From Candidatus Omnitrophota bacterium (GTDB lineage Bacteria; Omnitrophota; Gorgyraeia; Gygaellales; Profunditerraquicolaceae), in assembly GCA_050012075.1 (NCBI GenBank), contig JBEKHW010000004.1, forward strand, positions 8,864-72,863: a stretch of 64,000 nucleotides of DNA, given 5' to 3'. A program made the position numbers and the translations under genes. A model generated the notes under the pieces. That model did no database searches. It worked only from the letters and a program-made list of their open reading frames with translations, and was not told where the DNA came from. How positions within the stretch are numbered: position 1 is the stretch's first letter; the number at the start of each line of letters is the position of its first letter. Below are positions 28,756 through 39,474 of this stretch, one piece after another.

Positions 28756-29598
28756 ATGGCCCTATTCGGAAAGCCAAAATACACTATAGTGCGCCTTAAG
28801 AAAAAAGATATACCGGACGGCTTATGGACAAAATGCGAAGATTGCTCCGAGATGCTTTACAATAAAACCCTGGAAGAGAACCTGAAGGTTTGCCCAAAAT
28901 GCAATTATCATTTTGTGTTGGGCTCCTATGAAAGGATCAATCTGTTATTAGATAAGGATACTTTTAGAGAATACGACTCTGATATGACGAGCCTAGATCC
29001 TTTGGATTTCAAGGGGCCAAAGACATATAAGGATAAACTCGCCGCAGACCAGCTCTCTACTGGCCTGAAGGATGCCGCAGTTTACGGTGAGGGAAAATTG
29101 AACACGAGGAGCCTGGTTATCGCAGTCACGGATTCACGTTTTATCATGGGCTCAATGGGTTCGGTCGTAGGAGAGAAGATAACGCGGGCGATAGAGAGAG
29201 CTACTGCCGGGAAGTTGCCGCTTATCATTGTTTCGGGTTCCGGCGGAGGGGCAAGGATGTACGAGGGTATGTATAGCCTTATGCAGATGTCTAAAACCTG
29301 CGCGGCGCTCGCCTATCATAAAAAAGCAAAGCTTCCCTATATTTCGGTATTGACTAACCCTACAATGGCAGGTGTAATGGCTTCTTTTGCGGGTATAGGC
29401 GACGTGATCGTCGCCGAACCCAAGGCATTAATCGGCTTTACCGGGCCGCGCGTAATCGAACAGACGATACGCCAGAAATTGCCAGCTGGCTTTCAGCGTT
29501 CGGAGTTTCTCCTGGAGCATGGCCTTATAGATATGATCGTGCACCGCAAAACTCTTAAAGATACACTGACTCTCTTACTTGACTATTTGACACAATAA
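28756..29598 (+). CDS. accD: Acetyl-CoA carboxylase carboxyltransferase beta subunit AccD
   Basis: N-terminal Zn-ribbon C.DC...CPKC and a carboxyltransferase domain. Confidence 0.85.
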   Translation: MALFGKPKYTIVRLKKKDIPDGLWTKCEDCSEMLYNKTLEENLKVCPKCNYHFVLGSYERINLLLDKDTFREYDSDMTSLDPLDFKGPKTYKDKLAADQLSTGLKDAAVYGEGKLNTRSLVIAVTDSRFIMGSMGSVVGEKITRAIERATAGKLPLIIVSGSGGGARMYEGMYSLMQMSKTCAALAYHKKAKLPYISVLTNPTMAGVMASFAGIGDVIVAEPKALIGFTGPRVIEQTIRQKLPAGFQRSEFLLEHGLIDMIVHRKTLKDTLTLLLDYLTQ

Positions 29599-29655
29599 CT
29601 ATATAATAATAATTTTGAATCCTTACCAAAATCCAAAAGCAAGGAGTAGGTCTAC

Positions 29656-30759
29656 ATGGCACAGGTAAGTTTAAAAAATGTTTCGAAAATCTTTTCCGGC
29701 AATGTCAAAGCAGTAGACAACGTGAGTATCGGCGTTGAAAACAGGGAATTTATGGTGTTGGTTGGGCCATCGGGCTGCGGAAAATCTACTACATTAAGGA
29801 TGATCGCCGGCCTTGAAGAGATAAGCAATGGCGATATATATATAGGAGATAAGCTCGTCAATGAAATACCGGCTAAGGACAGGGATATTGCCATGGTTTT
29901 CCAGAATTACGCACTGTACCCGCATATGACGGTCTTTGAGAATATGTCTTTCGGGTTACGCCTAAGGCGCATACCTAAACAGGAGATCATCCAGCGCGTA
30001 AATGATGCAGCAGAAATCCTGGGCATCAAACGCCTCTTACAGAGAAAGCCCAGGGAGTTATCCGGCGGGGAGAGGCAGCGGGTTGCAGTAGGAAGGGCGA
30101 TCGTGCGTAAGCCCCTCGTTTTCCTTTTTGATGAGCCGTTAAGCAATCTCGACGCCAAGATGCGCGTGCAGATGCGCACAGAGATACATAAACTGCATAT
30201 CCGGCTTCAGACGACCATTATTTATGTTACGCACGATCAGGTCGAAGCCATGACCATGGGTGACAGGATCGCGGTGATGAAGGATGGGGTCCTACAGCAG
30301 GTTGCAGACCCTATTACAATTTATGACCATCCCAAGAATAAATTTGTCGCAGGTTTTATCGGCTCTCCCCCCATGAATTTTATGGCCGGAAGGATAGTCA
30401 AGAAAAACGGAAGGATTTATTTTGACGAAGGAAAGGTTGTGGTAAAACTGGTCGAGGATATACATACCAAGATCACCCCTTACCTTGGGAAAGAAGTTAC
30501 TCTCGGAATACGCTCCGAGGATATCTATGATAAGTTGTTTGTTTCAGAAGCCCCTCCTGAGAATGTAGTCAGGGTAAACTGCGAGGTATACGAACCAATG
30601 GGTTCGGAAGTATACCTTTATCTCAATACTGGAAAGCACACCTTTATTGCGCGCGTGGGAGCACACGACAAGCCGAAAGTTAATCAGGATATGGATGTGG
30701 TCTTCGATATGAGTAAAGTGCATTTTTTTGATAAAGATACCGAAGAAACCATTGCGTAA
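29656..30759 (+). CDS. ABC transporter ATP-binding protein, MalK/UgpC-type (carbohydrate importer ATPase)
   Basis: GPSGCGKST, LSGGERQRVAVGRAI and LFDEPLSNLD, plus a C-terminal TOBE-like regulatory domain. Confidence 0.8.
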   Translation: MAQVSLKNVSKIFSGNVKAVDNVSIGVENREFMVLVGPSGCGKSTTLRMIAGLEEISNGDIYIGDKLVNEIPAKDRDIAMVFQNYALYPHMTVFENMSFGLRLRRIPKQEIIQRVNDAAEILGIKRLLQRKPRELSGGERQRVAVGRAIVRKPLVFLFDEPLSNLDAKMRVQMRTEIHKLHIRLQTTIIYVTHDQVEAMTMGDRIAVMKDGVLQQVADPITIYDHPKNKFVAGFIGSPPMNFMAGRIVKKNGRIYFDEGKVVVKLVEDIHTKITPYLGKEVTLGIRSEDIYDKLFVSEAPPENVVRVNCEVYEPMGSEVYLYLNTGKHTFIARVGAHDKPKVNQDMDVVFDMSKVHFFDKDTEETIA

Positions 30760-32056
30760 TTTAACTCCACAAAAAAGACCTTTTCTTTTAAGGATAACCC
30801 TGCCTATCGCCCTGCCTGTTTTTTTATACCTGTTTTTGCCTGTTTATCTGAAATTGAGTAAGCCCGGTATGCCTGCATGGTATTTATTTCTTTTTTACCT
30901 GGTCAATGCCGTAATTTCAATCTTTATCTTCCGCGCCTTTCTGCATAAAAGTTATGAGGAGCGTTACCGTAAGGAACAGATGGAAGAGAGGATTAACGTA
31001 CTGCGCGACCAGGTCTCTTCTGAATCAAAGAACAACGCAAGCCTTAAGACAAAAATAATGCGTTATCAGCAGCTCAAGAACATAGTCGGGGATATTAATA
31101 AGACTCTGGAGCTCAATTCTGTGGCGGAGAGCCTTGTTTCGGTATGTTTTTCCCTGATTGGAAACAATAAAGGGGTTTGCGCGCTGTATCTTGTAGACGA
31201 GCAGACCTCAAGGCTCCTGCTTTATAAGACCAAGAAGGAAGACAGGGAGATGGTGATTAAGGCTAAAGAAGGCGATATATTCGACCTTTGGGTCTTGCGC
31301 CACGCCCAGCCCCTACTTATAGAAAATATCAGGAAGGATTTCCGCTTTGACCTGGAGAAGATTAAAAAAGAGGAGGTGCGGCCTTTTTCATCACTGATCA
31401 GCTCCTGTTTTCTAAGTGACCATAAATTTTTAGGCATCTTAAGGCTGGATAACCCTGTTCCTCAATCTTACTCCCAGGATGATTTAAGGTTCCTGGTTAA
31501 AATCTGTGAACTCGGATCCGTGGCGCTGGAGAACAGCGAGCTTTTTAAGAAGACCCAGGACCTGGCTGTCCATGATTCCCTGACCTCGCTTTTTACCAAA
31601 GGCTATCTCCTTGAGCGCCTGAAGGAAGAGCTCAACAGGGCATTACGTAAAGAGGCCCGGCTTTCGATCCTAATGATAGACATAGATTTCTTCAAGAAAT
31701 ACAATGATAAATTCGGACATATCGCCGGAGATATAGTGCTGCAGAAGCTAAGCAGTATAATCTCAGAATATCTAAAAGACCTGAAGCCGATTATCTGCCG
31801 TTTCGGAGGGGAAGAATTCTGCGCGGTTTTGAGTAACATCGATAAAAAACGCGCTCTTGATATTTCAAAGGGCTTATGCGACAGGATCGCCCAGGAGAAA
31901 CTAATCCTGCGCCGCCAGGAGACACAGACGACTGTTTCGATAGGAGTGGCGACTTTTCCTGTTGATGCAGCTGACGAGACTGAAATTATCCAGAAGGCCG
32001 ATAAGGCAATGTACGCGGCAAAGGCCAGAGGAAGGAATCAGGCATGTTGCGCTTAA
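30728..32056 (+). CDS. Diguanylate cyclase (membrane-anchored, GAF-like sensor + GGDEF)
   Basis: N-terminal TM helices and a C-terminal GGDEF domain with RFGGEEF. The start is uncertain because it overlaps the upstream gene. Confidence 0.75.
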   Translation: MIKIPKKPLRNLTPQKRPFLLRITLPIALPVFLYLFLPVYLKLSKPGMPAWYLFLFYLVNAVISIFIFRAFLHKSYEERYRKEQMEERINVLRDQVSSESKNNASLKTKIMRYQQLKNIVGDINKTLELNSVAESLVSVCFSLIGNNKGVCALYLVDEQTSRLLLYKTKKEDREMVIKAKEGDIFDLWVLRHAQPLLIENIRKDFRFDLEKIKKEEVRPFSSLISSCFLSDHKFLGILRLDNPVPQSYSQDDLRFLVKICELGSVALENSELFKKTQDLAVHDSLTSLFTKGYLLERLKEELNRALRKEARLSILMIDIDFFKKYNDKFGHIAGDIVLQKLSSIISEYLKDLKPIICRFGGEEFCAVLSNIDKKRALDISKGLCDRIAQEKLILRRQETQTTVSIGVATFPVDAADETEIIQKADKAMYAAKARGRNQACCA

Positions 32057-33027
32057 TTACCCTCTTATTGCTGACAATTTTATTATCCATACGTATTAAA
32101 AAGATCCTGTCAGGGCGGCTATCCCGGGAACGCGAAGCGTATTCTTCGCTAGAAAACGAAAGTAAGCTATGCGCCAAGGAGAGTGAGGGATTAAAGATAA
32201 GTAATCAGGAGCTGGAAAAAGTATCTGAAGAGACCATAGCGCTTTACGATATTACCCAGGATATCTATAAGACATTGGATGTGGAGAAGATGCTGGAGAT
32301 ATTCCGGGGAAGGCTTGCCAATTATTTAAAGTTCGACCGGTGTATATTTACCAGCCTTGAATCAGACCTTTCGCAATACCCCGATGCGCTGGTATTACCT
32401 TTATCCATACATAAAACAAACATGGGATACCTGGTTGCTGCGGGCGTCGGCCAAAAGGACAAGGATAAATTCAATATCCTGGCGCATCAGTTGATTATCG
32501 GGATAAAGAAGGCGATACTTTACAAGAGGGTTCAGGAGATGGCTATTACCGATAGCCTTACCCAGGCATTCTCCCGCCGGCACTTTCTGGACAGGTTTAA
32601 TGAAGAAATGGAGCGTTCCAAGAAATTCAAATTGCGCTTTTCTTTTTTGATGGTAGACGTCGACCATTTTAAGGAAATTAATGATAATTACGGCCACCTT
32701 GTAGGAGATGCTGTTTTAAGGGAGATCGCCAGGTCCATGAAAGAAAATATCCGCCAGATAGATTTTATCGGCCGCTGGGGAGGAGAGGAGTTCGCCCTTA
32801 TTTTCGTGGAGACTGAGAAATCACAGGCCTGCCTTGCCGCAGAACGTATACGTCAGACCATCGAATCAAAACAGATTAGCGTATACGACGAAGCCCTGAA
32901 GACTACGATTAGCATGGGTGTGGCAACCTTTCCGGAAGACGCTCGCGAGGCGGTTAGCTTGGTAGAGAAAGCGGATAAATCGTTATACCTGGCAAAGGAA
33001 AAGGGCAGGAATATGGTATGTTCCTAG
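32044..33027 (+). CDS. Diguanylate cyclase (GGDEF domain) with an N-terminal TM/coiled-coil and GAF-like region
   Basis: GGDEF domain with RWGGEEF. Overlaps the upstream GGDEF gene by 13 nt. Confidence 0.75.
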   Translation: MLRLITLLLLTILLSIRIKKILSGRLSREREAYSSLENESKLCAKESEGLKISNQELEKVSEETIALYDITQDIYKTLDVEKMLEIFRGRLANYLKFDRCIFTSLESDLSQYPDALVLPLSIHKTNMGYLVAAGVGQKDKDKFNILAHQLIIGIKKAILYKRVQEMAITDSLTQAFSRRHFLDRFNEEMERSKKFKLRFSFLMVDVDHFKEINDNYGHLVGDAVLREIARSMKENIRQIDFIGRWGGEEFALIFVETEKSQACLAAERIRQTIESKQISVYDEALKTTISMGVATFPEDAREAVSLVEKADKSLYLAKEKGRNMVCS

Positions 33028-33082
33028 AGGCCTTACTTATCCACTTGCAAATAGCCGGTTTTTAATATAGAATACACCCTTA

Positions 33083-34012
33083 ATGAAAAATAAATATATT
33101 ATTGCTGTTGATCTCGGAGGGACAAATCTTAAAGTAGCGGTCCTGGATCCGAAATTAAAAATCATAAGGAAAGAGATTTTTTCCACCCGCATCTCAAAGA
33201 CAAAAAGCCTTCTTATCGGGACCATTATATTTTCTATTAATAAAGTTATTGGCGACTGCCGCCTGAAAAAGGCGCAAATCCTGGGTGTCGGCTTAGGCGT
33301 TCCCGGGCCTGTTGACCAGGAATCGGGAGTTGTCCATTTTTTCCCTAATATACCCGGATGGAAAGAAGTAAGATTAAAGGAAATCCTGCAGAGAAAAACC
33401 GGATTATCAGTCAATCTTGATAACGATGCCAAGGTAATGGCGCTTGCGGAATATACCCTGGGCGCAGCAAAGAAAAGCAAGAATGCCTTGTGTATAACGC
33501 TTGGCACAGGCGTAGGAGGCGGTATTATTATCGGCAACAGCCTTTATCGCGGCGCAAATAATGCGGCCGGAGAGGTCGGGCATATGCCTATTAATGAAAA
33601 TGGGCCGCGTTGCAATTGCGGTGGTATCGCGTGCCTGGAATCCTATGTAGGTAATAACACTATCCTCAGGGAGGCAAGGAAGGTTTTTAAACGTAAGATC
33701 AGCTTGGAAGAATTGAGCCTGTTGGCCAGGCGCAAAAATAAAAAAGCCATCCGTATCTGGAAGGATGTAGGCAGGCGTCTTGGTATAGCCTTAAGTGGCG
33801 TGGTCAATCTCCTGAACCTTGACGTAATAGTGATAGGCGGGGGGATCGCCAATTCCGGACCCTTATTATTCAATGCCGTCAGGAATACGATAAAAGAGCG
33901 CGCGATGAGCGTCCAGGCGCGGCATGTAAGAGTGGTTGGCGCGAAAATGGGCGCTTGCTCCGGGCTATTCGGAGCGGCTATCATGGTAAAACAAGCGAAG
34001 GAGATTCTTTAA
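33083..34012 (+). CDS. ROK-family sugar kinase (glucokinase-like)
   Basis: DLGGTNLK N-terminus and the ROK zinc motif [10 protein letters not shown]. Confidence 0.75.
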   Translation: MKNKYIIAVDLGGTNLKVAVLDPKLKIIRKEIFSTRISKTKSLLIGTIIFSINKVIGDCRLKKAQILGVGLGVPGPVDQESGVVHFFPNIPGWKEVRLKEILQRKTGLSVNLDNDAKVMALAEYTLGAAKKSKNALCITLGTGVGGGIIIGNSLYRGANNAAGEVGHMPINENGPRCNCGGIACLESYVGNNTILREARKVFKRKISLEELSLLARRKNKKAIRIWKDVGRRLGIALSGVVNLLNLDVIVIGGGIANSGPLLFNAVRNTIKERAMSVQARHVRVVGAKMGACSGLFGAAIMVKQAKEIL

Positions 34013-34659
34013 TGAAGATTTTCATTGATACCGCTAATATTACCGAGATAAAACAGGCTGCGGCGCTTGGGGTTATTGATGGGGTCACTACCAATCCTAC
34101 GCTGATTGCGAAAGAAAACAAACCCTCGGAAGAGCTGCTGCGGGAAATATGCGCGCTCGTCCCCGGGCCGATAAGCGCGGAGGTCATTAGCCTTGAAGCA
34201 GAAGGCATGGTCAGGGAGGCAGAAACGCTTTCTAAAATCGCAAAAAATATCGTAATAAAAATACCTTTAATAAAAGAAGGCCTTAAGGCTGTAAGGATCC
34301 TGTCAAAGGAGGGAATTAAGACCAATGTAACCCTTTGTTTTTCTCCGTCTCAGGCGCTCCTGGCAGCGAAGGCAGGCGCGGACTATATCTCTCCGTTTAT
34401 CGGAAGACTCGATGATATAGCTTGCGAAGGCATGAATTTAATCCGTGATATAAAACAGATATATTCCAATTACGGTTTTAAAACTCAGATCATCGTCGCA
34501 TCAGTGCGTAACCCTATGCATGTCGTAGACGCGGCCAAAATAGGCGCTGATATAGCTACGGTTCCATTCGCGGTCATTGAACAATTGATAAAACACCCCC
34601 TTACCGATCTGGGGATAGCCAGGTTTCTGGAAGACTATAAAAAAATACCGAAAAAGTAG
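34012..34659 (+). CDS. Transaldolase / fructose-6-phosphate aldolase family (short TalC/Fsa type)
   Basis: [11 protein letters not shown]-terminus. ATG overlaps the ROK stop codon (TAATG). 215 aa. Confidence 0.8.
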   Translation: MKIFIDTANITEIKQAAALGVIDGVTTNPTLIAKENKPSEELLREICALVPGPISAEVISLEAEGMVREAETLSKIAKNIVIKIPLIKEGLKAVRILSKEGIKTNVTLCFSPSQALLAAKAGADYISPFIGRLDDIACEGMNLIRDIKQIYSNYGFKTQIIVASVRNPMHVVDAAKIGADIATVPFAVIEQLIKHPLTDLGIARFLEDYKKIPKK

Positions 34660-34666
34660 GTTAAAG

Positions 34667-36868
34667 TTGCATAATCCTGCGAAGAAGCGCTTCAGCTTTA
34701 TTTTTACTCTAACCGGAATCCTTTTTTTTCTCGTGCTGGCGAATTCTCTTGCTGCCGAGCCTTCTCAACCGCTTATTGTTAACGGTGATACTGTTGAGTA
34801 TTCCACGGAAAATAATGAAGTGACCGCTACCGGAAACGTGGAGGTAGATTATAAGGGTGCAAAACTTACCTGTCGCAAAATAAAGGTCAATACCCTGACT
34901 AAGGATGTAGTTGCTGAAGGAAATGCCAGGCTCGACGATAAAAAAGGGATTATAGAAGGCCAAAAGCTGCTTTACAATTTTCAGGCAAAAAGCGGCACGA
35001 TCATCGATGCTCAATTCAGGGCTAACCCCTATTTCGGCAGGGCAAGGAAGGTAGAAAAGATAAGCGATAATGAGTTCATTGCCCGTCAGGGTTATTTAAG
35101 CACTTGCAGCTTCGATAAACCGCATTACCGTATAGGCGCAAAGAAATTAGACATGTTCCCCGGGGATAAAATGCTTATCCGTTCAGCCACTTTTTATGCG
35201 GGGGAAATTCCTTTAATGGGTATACCGGAATTTAACCAGAGCCTGACTGATCCCATAATGCATATGTGGGTTATGCCCGGACACAGGAAGGATTGGGGTT
35301 ATTATGTATTGGATGCCTGGAGATACAATTTAGCAGATGACGTAAACGGCAGGGTTTACCTTGACTACCGCACAAAATTAGGCCTCGCAGAGGGAGTAGG
35401 CCTTAATTACAATACGGCAAAGACCTTGAAAATCGGAGAAGGGGATTTCATGTTTTATTACACTAAGGAAACTCCTACGACGCCTCTTTCGGCAGACGCG
35501 CCCTCTGAATTCACAAGGTACCTTATGCGCCTTCGTCATAAATGGCTGATAGACGCCCAGACTAACCTTACGGTTGAGGCCTATAAGATACGCGATGACA
35601 GGAGGAAGGAAGATGACTCCACGCGTAATTTTCTAAAAGATTATTTTTACCGGGAATACGAAAAAGATTCACAGCCGCTTAGCTACGTGTCTTTCCACCA
35701 TAATTTCAGCCTCTCTTCATTCGATTTAGTCACGCAATACCGCCTCAACCACTGGTTTGATCAGATTGATAAGCTGCCGGAGGCAAGATATACCCTGCCG
35801 AGCATCCAGATTGGGCAAACTCCTCTTTATTTTGAGAATTTAACGAGTATCGCAAATCTTAACAAGAAGGCATCCACCGCGCCGGTCAGCGCCGATGATG
35901 TTACGATGAGCAGGTTTGATACGTTCAATAAAATATCTTTGCCCGCGAAGGTCTCCTTTATTCAAATTACTCCTTTTGTCGCCAGCCGCCAGACTGCCTA
36001 TGATAAAGGAGCTAATGGGCAGAACGTACCCGTAAGGACAATATTTTACAGCGGCGCGGATTTAAGCACGAAGTTCTACCGTGTTTTTAACGTGAAATCA
36101 AATTTCTTAGGCATGGATCTAGAGGGGCTGCGCCATGTAATCACTCCGACGGCTGGATATGCCTATAACCACACCCCAACTGTCCCTGCGGCTAACCTCC
36201 TCCAGGTAGATGGCACAGATGCTATAGGGCCCAGCAATTTAGTAAACCTGGGGTTGTCTAATAAACTGCAAACAAAGCGACAAGGCGCAAACGTTGATTT
36301 AGTAGATTTATTGGTAACTTCCACATATAATATTAAACCCAAGACAGGGGTTAACAGGGAAAGCAGTTTATCCGATATACTTTTTAAGTTAAAACTGCTG
36401 CCGTATTCCTGGCTACGGCTTGAAGCCGACGCAACCTATAACAGGTCCGTAAGCAAGGCAGACCCTTCTTACAACACTTTCAGTGAAGTCAACTACGATT
36501 TTAATTTTGATATTGGCAAATACCGTTCCTTCGGCATAGGGCAGCGTTATACCAGAAGCAATGGAAACCAGCTTACCTGCAATTTTAGTTGGCGTTTCAA
36601 TCCTAAATGGAGCTTTTCCATATACGAAAGGTATGAACTGGGACATAACTCTACCTTATCAAATGGTTCTAGTTCTAATTCTAATGAACAGCAATATACA
36701 ATATCGCGAGACCTGCATTGTTGGACCATGGATATGCTTTATGATATAGGCGGACAGGGAGGGCAAACCGTGTATCTCGTTTTTAGGCTAAAGGCCTTCC
36801 CTGAGGGAGAATTTAGTCTTGAACAGTCATATAATAAACCCAAATCAGGTTCACAAAACAATCATTAA
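34667..36868 (+). CDS. lptD: LPS-assembly outer-membrane protein LptD (OstA family)
   Basis: Signal peptide, an N-terminal OstA/LptA-like jellyroll (VNGDTVEY...ATGNVEV...AEGNARL), and a long C-terminal beta-barrel rich in Y/N/G. Confidence 0.65.
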   Translation: MHNPAKKRFSFIFTLTGILFFLVLANSLAAEPSQPLIVNGDTVEYSTENNEVTATGNVEVDYKGAKLTCRKIKVNTLTKDVVAEGNARLDDKKGIIEGQKLLYNFQAKSGTIIDAQFRANPYFGRARKVEKISDNEFIARQGYLSTCSFDKPHYRIGAKKLDMFPGDKMLIRSATFYAGEIPLMGIPEFNQSLTDPIMHMWVMPGHRKDWGYYVLDAWRYNLADDVNGRVYLDYRTKLGLAEGVGLNYNTAKTLKIGEGDFMFYYTKETPTTPLSADAPSEFTRYLMRLRHKWLIDAQTNLTVEAYKIRDDRRKEDDSTRNFLKDYFYREYEKDSQPLSYVSFHHNFSLSSFDLVTQYRLNHWFDQIDKLPEARYTLPSIQIGQTPLYFENLTSIANLNKKASTAPVSADDVTMSRFDTFNKISLPAKVSFIQITPFVASRQTAYDKGANGQNVPVRTIFYSGADLSTKFYRVFNVKSNFLGMDLEGLRHVITPTAGYAYNHTPTVPAANLLQVDGTDAIGPSNLVNLGLSNKLQTKRQGANVDLVDLLVTSTYNIKPKTGVNRESSLSDILFKLKLLPYSWLRLEADATYNRSVSKADPSYNTFSEVNYDFNFDIGKYRSFGIGQRYTRSNGNQLTCNFSWRFNPKWSFSIYERYELGHNSTLSNGSSSNSNEQQYTISRDLHCWTMDMLYDIGGQGGQTVYLVFRLKAFPEGEFSLEQSYNKPKSGSQNNH

Positions 36869-36872
36869 TAAA

Positions 36873-38180
36873 ATGCAAAAAATCGCTATTATCGGTTCGG
36901 GATATGTGGGGCTGGTAACAGGGGCATGCCTTGCAGAGTTAGGCAATACCGTTATCTGCGCGGATAACGACGCCAAGAAGATCGCCGCTTTAAAGAAAGG
37001 GATAGTCCCCATATATGAACCTGGCTTGGAAGATCTAGTCAGGCGCAATCTTAAGAAAAAGAAACTTTCCTTTACCTCAAGCATAAAAGAGGCGGTGGAG
37101 CTTTCGGAGGTTATTTTTATTGCAGTAGGCACACCTTCATTGGAAGACGGCGAAGCAGACCTTACGGGAATCGAGAACGTGGCGCGCAATATAGCTTTAC
37201 ATATGAAAGATTACCGCCTTATTGTGGAGAAATCCACTGTCCCGGTTGAGACGTGCGAATGGATTAAGCATACGGTTATAACTTACGTAAAGCATAAAAT
37301 AAAATTCGACGTCGCCTCTAACCCGGAATTCCTGCGCGAGGGCTCAGCAATCAATGATTTTATGCATCCCGACCGTATTGTTATCGGAGTAGAATCGCAG
37401 AAGGCAAAAGATATTTTGTGCGCTTTATATAAGCCAATAAAGGTGCCCCTCGTAGTTACCAACATAAAATCAGCGGAGTTGATAAAACATGCTTCTAACG
37501 CATTCCTGGCTACGAAGATTTCTTTCATTAACGCGCTCTCCAGGATATGCGATAAGGTGGGGGCGGATGTTAGTGAGGTGGCGCAAGGGATGGGATTTGA
37601 TAAACGTATCGGGAATTCCTTCCTTGATGCGGGTTTAGGTTATGGCGGCTCCTGTTTCCCCAAAGACCTGGACGCGTTTGTAAATATCGCCCATAAATTA
37701 GGGTACAATTTTGAGCTGCTTAAAGCCGTGCGCAAAGTAAATGAAGAACAGAGGGATTTCTTCCTGCATAAGATTAAAAGCGCGCTCTGGATAATAAAGG
37801 AGAAGACCATCGCGATACTCGGGTTGTCTTTTAAGCCGGATACCGATGATATGCGTAATGCCCCATCTACATATATCATTGAAGCGTTGCGTAAAGAAGG
37901 CGCAACTATCAGGGCATATGACCCTCGCGCAATGAAGAAAGCCAAAGGCATTCTAAAAGGCGTTACTTTTTGTAATGATCCATATGAGGCATGCAGAAAT
38001 GCCGACTGCCTTTTATTAATCACGGAATGGGACGAGTTTAGGAAACTCGATTTTCGTAAAGTCAAGAAGATGCTTAACAGGCCGCTGGTTATAGACGGCC
38101 GTAATATGCTGGAGCCGGAGCCGTTAAATAAGATGGGTTTTGTTTATATCTGCATAGGCAGGGGTGGCAGGCGTGTCTGA
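36873..38180 (+). CDS. ugd: UDP-glucose 6-dehydrogenase (nucleotide-sugar dehydrogenase)
   Basis: MQKIAIIGSGYVGLV Rossmann N-terminus and the catalytic GGSCFPKD motif. Start placed at the internal Met just after the lptD stop. Confidence 0.8.
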   Translation: MQKIAIIGSGYVGLVTGACLAELGNTVICADNDAKKIAALKKGIVPIYEPGLEDLVRRNLKKKKLSFTSSIKEAVELSEVIFIAVGTPSLEDGEADLTGIENVARNIALHMKDYRLIVEKSTVPVETCEWIKHTVITYVKHKIKFDVASNPEFLREGSAINDFMHPDRIVIGVESQKAKDILCALYKPIKVPLVVTNIKSAELIKHASNAFLATKISFINALSRICDKVGADVSEVAQGMGFDKRIGNSFLDAGLGYGGSCFPKDLDAFVNIAHKLGYNFELLKAVRKVNEEQRDFFLHKIKSALWIIKEKTIAILGLSFKPDTDDMRNAPSTYIIEALRKEGATIRAYDPRAMKKAKGILKGVTFCNDPYEACRNADCLLLITEWDEFRKLDFRKVKKMLNRPLVIDGRNMLEPEPLNKMGFVYICIGRGGRRV

Positions 38181-39474
38181 TTCCAATTTAGAGAAACGGA
38201 TTAAGAATAAGAAAGCAAAAGTAGCAGTTGTGGGCTTAGGTTATGTGGGATTGCCGTTGGCTATTTCTTTCGTCAAAAAGGGATTCCATGTGCTGGGTAT
38301 TGAAGTAGACGGTACAAGGCTCCATAAAATTCAGGAAAAAAGTTCCTATATCACCGATATATCAGACAGGCAGTTATCAGGGGCATTAAAGACGGGAAGA
38401 TTTCATACCTCTGGAGAGTTTTCATCCCTTAAAGACGCGGGAGTAATCATAATTTGCGTTCCTACTCCCCTAAAGAAAAAATACCTGCCGGATATTTCTT
38501 ACATAAAAAAAGCCGTAAAGGCGATATCGAGAAACTTAAAGCGCGGGAGTTTAGTTATTTTGGAAAGCACGACTTATCCCGGTACGACAGAAGAAGTTAT
38601 CCTGCCTTTACTTGAGGCTAGTGGCTTACGGCACGGTAAAGATTTTTACCTTGCTTTTTCTCCGGAAAGGATTGACCCCGGGAACAGTCAATTTCCTGTC
38701 CAGAAGATTCCCAAGATAGTCGGTGGGATAACTCCTGAAGCGACGAGGCTGGCGCAACTTGTTTACAGGAGTATCGTTAAAGATGCGATACCCGTCTCGG
38801 GTGCCAGGACTGCCGAAGCGGTAAAGTTGCTGGAGAATTCATTCCGGCTTATTAACATCGCTTTTATTGACGAATTGAGCATGATGGCGCATAAAATGAA
38901 TTTAGATATTTGGGAGATAGTAAAGGCTGCTTCAACCAAGCCTTTTGGCTTTATGCCTTTTTATCCGGGGCCAGGGGTGGGCGGACATTGCATCCCGAAG
39001 GATCCTTTGTATCTTTACTGGAAGGCCAGGCGTTTTGGTTTTTCTTCCCGCTTCATTAAGCTGGCGTCGAGCATCATCAATGCCATGCCTGCCTATGTAG
39101 TAGAACGCGTAGAAGATATGCTCAAAAGAGGCAGGATCTTAAAAAAAGCGAAGATTCTGGTTATCGGCGTAACCTATAAGAAGGATGTGCTGGATTTACG
39201 TAAGTCCCCGGCCATAGATATAATTTCCCTGCTTAAAAAGAGAAATCATAAGGTTTCTTATTTTGATCCCATTATACCCTATCTTAACATTGACGGGATA
39301 AGCCTGAAATCCACGCCATTAAACCGGGCTACGCTTTCCAAATTTGATTGCGTAATTATCGCCACAGACCATTCAGTCCTGGATTATCCCTTTATATTAC
39401 GGAACTCGCGCCGTATATTTGATACGCGTAACGCCTATAGAAAATTTCGCGACAGGAGGATAGAGCGGCTATGA
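38164..39474 (+). CDS. UDP-N-acetyl-hexosamine (GlcNAc/ManNAc) 6-dehydrogenase, WecC/WbpA/TviB family
   Basis: VAVVGLGYVGLPLA and GGHCIPKD, the nucleotide-sugar dehydrogenase architecture. Confidence 0.75.
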   Translation: MAGVSDSNLEKRIKNKKAKVAVVGLGYVGLPLAISFVKKGFHVLGIEVDGTRLHKIQEKSSYITDISDRQLSGALKTGRFHTSGEFSSLKDAGVIIICVPTPLKKKYLPDISYIKKAVKAISRNLKRGSLVILESTTYPGTTEEVILPLLEASGLRHGKDFYLAFSPERIDPGNSQFPVQKIPKIVGGITPEATRLAQLVYRSIVKDAIPVSGARTAEAVKLLENSFRLINIAFIDELSMMAHKMNLDIWEIVKAASTKPFGFMPFYPGPGVGGHCIPKDPLYLYWKARRFGFSSRFIKLASSIINAMPAYVVERVEDMLKRGRILKKAKILVIGVTYKKDVLDLRKSPAIDIISLLKKRNHKVSYFDPIIPYLNIDGISLKSTPLNRATLSKFDCVIIATDHSVLDYPFILRNSRRIFDTRNAYRKFRDRRIERL

